Shown here one piece after another: positions 63,209 to 64,000 of a DNA stretch of 64,000 nucleotides. The stretch lies in assembly GCA_964625215.1 (NCBI GenBank), contig CAZVAX010000001.1, positions 30,354 through 94,353 on the forward strand. Reading direction: 5' to 3'. The notes under the pieces were generated by a model, which was not told the DNA's origin, searched no databases, and worked only from the letters and a program-made list of their open reading frames with translations. The stretch's first letter is position 1, and each line of letters begins with the position of its first letter. The position numbers and the translations under genes were made by a program. The stretch is from an uncultured Anaerolineaceae bacterium. Lineage in GTDB: Bacteria; Chloroflexota; Anaerolineae; Anaerolineales; Villigracilaceae.

Positions 63209-64000
63209 TCGTTTAACTTGGCCTTGTTGGGGATGAAGGCCCGGCGCGTGCGCGCATTGAATTTACAACCCGGCGTGAGAACATGAATGCGGAGGTCGGC
63301 CACCGCGACGGGACCGCCGTCCGCGAGCTCCGCGATGTCCGTGGCGCTCATTCCTCGCCCGTCCACGATCGTGACTCCGCCCGAGCCGGTCACTGTCACA
63401 CGCGCGTCATCCTCGATGATCGCGGCGGTGTTCTCGTCCACGCCCAGGCCGATCGGACCGGGGTGCGCGGCGACGATGTAGAGCAATCTCCCGAGTCGGT
63501 CGCGTTCGCGGAAGTGCTGGTCAACTACAAAGTTTTTCGTCAACGCGAAACCGGGGACAAACTCAGCGATCTTGTTGCGCGGCGTGGGGCCGGATTTCCC
63601 GTCCGCGAACATGGTGGCGGACATCACCGCCGCGCCAGCGCTCGTCCCGGCCACGACCGCGCCGCGCGCGAAGGCTTGCTGGATGGCGGGGAGGAGAGTT
63701 GTCCCGCCGTAGAGGGAGGTCAAACGGAGTTGGAATCCGCCAGAGATGAAGATGCCCGTCGCGGAGGAGATCGAAGCGAGCTGCGCGCGTGTCCCGGCCG
63801 CGGCGCGCGTCTTGAAGTCCAAACTGCGCGCGTGGCGGGCTCCGAGGTCGCGGAATTTTTTGATGTAGAACTCGCCGGTGTCTGCGTGTGCAGAGGCTTG
63901 CGGAATGATGACGATACGCGCGGATTTCCCTCCGGCGCGCTCCACGAACTCGCGCACGACAACCGGGTTCTTCCAATTGATGTTCCCGCCTATGGGGATG
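63205..64000 (-). CDS. cphE: Cyanophycinase-like S51 peptidase (N-terminus beyond window end)
   Basis: VVAGTSAGAAVMS (nucleophile Ser context), IGLGVDENTAAII. The reading frame stays open to position 64000 (...IGGNINWKNPVVVREFVERAGG). Confidence 0.8.
   Translation of the reverse strand, partial: IPIGGNINWKNPVVVREFVERAGGKSARIVIIPQASAHADTGEFYIKKFRDLGARHARSLDFKTRAAAGTRAQLASISSATGIFISGGFQLRLTSLYGGTTLLPAIQQAFARGAVVAGTSAGAAVMSATMFADGKSGPTPRNKIAEFVPGFALTKNFVVDQHFRERDRLGRLLYIVAAHPGPIGLGVDENTAAIIEDDARVTVTGSGGVTIVDGRGMSATDIAELADGGPVAVADLRIHVLTPGCKFNARTRRAFIPNKAKLND

Noticed and set aside
63180-63260. Moco riboswitch upstream of moeA
   Set aside because: The moeA start overlaps the stop of the upstream cyanophycinase-like gene, so no leader is available.

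Overview
GC-rich (about 60%) bacterial chromosomal segment. The gene content, the many Thr/Pro-rich lipoprotein linkers and the Tad-type pseudopilins suggest a Chloroflexota/Anaerolineae-like organism, but this is inference only. Most of the window is housekeeping: an oxidative pentose-phosphate operon (pgl-gnd-zwf), glmS, murA, prfB with its +1 frameshift, ftsY, trxA, rpoD, a caa3-type cytochrome oxidase operon with assembly genes (ctaCDE, sco1, surf1, ctaA-like/ctaB fusion), a GldA/F/G-like ABC system, and a NarL-type two-component pair. Accessory content includes three tandem LysM-M23 lipoproteins, a secreted GH5/CBM cluster, a BrnT/BrnA toxin-antitoxin pair, a prepilin-peptidase/TadE/TadG pseudopilin cluster, and three GT-C-like membrane proteins. 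The best candidate for a poorly described system is a Dlt-like envelope O-acylation operon on the minus strand (22511-27198): a FAAL-type adenylase, a carrier protein, an SGNH/DltD-like protein and an MBOAT, plus a 43-aa DltX-like micro-ORF that is missing from the ORF track. Non-coding signals include a probable glmS ribozyme with large helix expansions, two families of short palindromic repeats (one copy sits in frame inside a membrane-protein gene), an in-frame low-complexity insertion in MoeA, a three-way-junction leader RNA, and many long-stem terminators. I found no tRNA, rRNA, CRISPR array, transposase or integrase. All protein calls rest on motif recognition by eye, with no database searches.
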